From: the human T2T-CHM13v2.0 reference genome, Homo sapiens
DNA: 64,000 nucleotides
NCBI RefSeq assembly: GCF_009914755.1
Contig: NC_060939.1
Direction: 5' to 3' (one strand)
Positions 62,779 through 64,000 of this stretch are shown in pieces. How positions within the stretch are numbered: position 1 is the stretch's first letter; every line of letters begins with the position of its first letter. Both the position numbers and the translations under genes were made by a program. A model generated the notes under the pieces. That model made no database searches and was not told where the DNA came from. It saw only the letters and a program-made list of their open reading frames with translations.

Positions 62779-63866
62779 TAGTAAACCCTAAAGATTCTTG
62801 TCCTAAATGTCTTTAATGAAATCTTTGGGAAGAGGATCTTTCTGAAAGGAAGGCAAAGACTGACTTTTCAGAATTTTCTTTACTGTCTTTGGCAGTAAAG
62901 TATTGGCTAAGTATTAGTCCATAAAATCTTCTTGTGACCTTGTGCAAAAAGCATAAGCTTTCTACAGAGATCATTTTTAGCTAAAACTTGGATTTTTTTC
63001 CAGATGTGTAATAATTGGCACAGCAGTTTTTGCCTTGAAATAGTGCATAAGAAATCTGAATAGCAAGAGTTCTGATCTAGAAAAGTTGTTTATTGTAATT
63101 TAGAACCAGCCTTCAGTGGTAGAAAGAATGTGAAACTGTAATTTATACAGATCGAAATTTAAACTTTATTCCCGAACTGCGGGGGAGGTAGTTTTAAGAA
63201 TGGCTGTAATTTCAGTAATAAATAAAGGAAACAATTTTAGATTAATCCACAAAGAGAATTTTTAAGAACTCAGTCCATCTTTTTTAAGTATGATAATTTT
63301 TAAAGGGGGTGTTCGTTCTACAGCCATACACATCAAAAATTCTGTGTTTACCATCTTACATTATTTTTTATCCAAATTATCTTTTAAAGAAATGAAGTTC
63401 TTTTTGAACCTGCTATTTTAAACTTATACCATGTGTTGGCATGTTTATGGCATGGTTTTTAAGGTTCATTGCATGCTGTGAAATGTTCTTCTACGAAGCA
63501 GATTTTTAGCTATAAGCCATGTGATGAAGGCTAAAAACTTACCTATCATCAAAATAATTAATTGCCCTAAATGCTGAAGGCTTGTATTCTGTAAGATAGG
63601 GTTGGTTCCAGATTTTCACACTCACATATCTTACACATACATACACTCATTTTTGAGCCTCTGAAGTAAACGTCACACAAGGCTGCCTGTTTTCTGAGAA
63701 CTGTATTTTCAGCAGCATGGGTAACATTAGATACCTGTTTTGTGTTTGTTTTTTTAATGTCAGGAAATCTTGAAAATCAGTCTCCTTTTAAAGTACTTTT
63801 TATTGCTATTGATAAGCTAATAAGTGTCAAAACATATGTAAGTTATTAAACTAGTAAAATGGGGAA

Positions 63867-64000
63867 GTGTCAGATGGCTCACACCTGTAATCTCAGCACT
63901 TTGGGAGGCCAAGGCGGGAGGATTGGTTGGAGTTCCAAGACTAGTCTGGGCAACAAAGTGAGACCCTCATCTCTACAAAAAATAAAAAAAAATTAGTCTG
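63867..64000 (+). mobile_element. Alu left arm, cut by the window edge
   Basis: ggctcacacctgtaatctcagcactttgggaggcc... Confidence 0.9.

Overview
Human (primate) genomic DNA, AT-rich and Alu-dense, lying entirely inside the bHLH E-protein gene TCF12 (HEB) on the + strand. It contains coding exons 7-16 of the long isoform (numbering recalled; lengths 136, 53, 106, 140, 145, 65, 79, 74, 72 and 207 nt, with mutually consistent splice phases). The alternative first exon of the short HEBAlt isoform lies in the 33-kb intron 8, and the 72-nt ankyrin-like cassette exon is present. An antisense processed HNRNPA3 pseudogene sits inside an old MLT1 LTR in intron 13. The rest is Alu, L1, L2, L3, MIR and DNA-transposon relics plus microsatellites. 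Almost all ORFs in the supplied track are Alu-derived or random. I found no evidence for a wholly new biological system. The best leads are a complex rearranged Alu locus, the LTR-bracketed retrocopy, candidate unannotated micro or first exons in intron 8, an E-box/AP-1 cluster, and a Ser300 allele.
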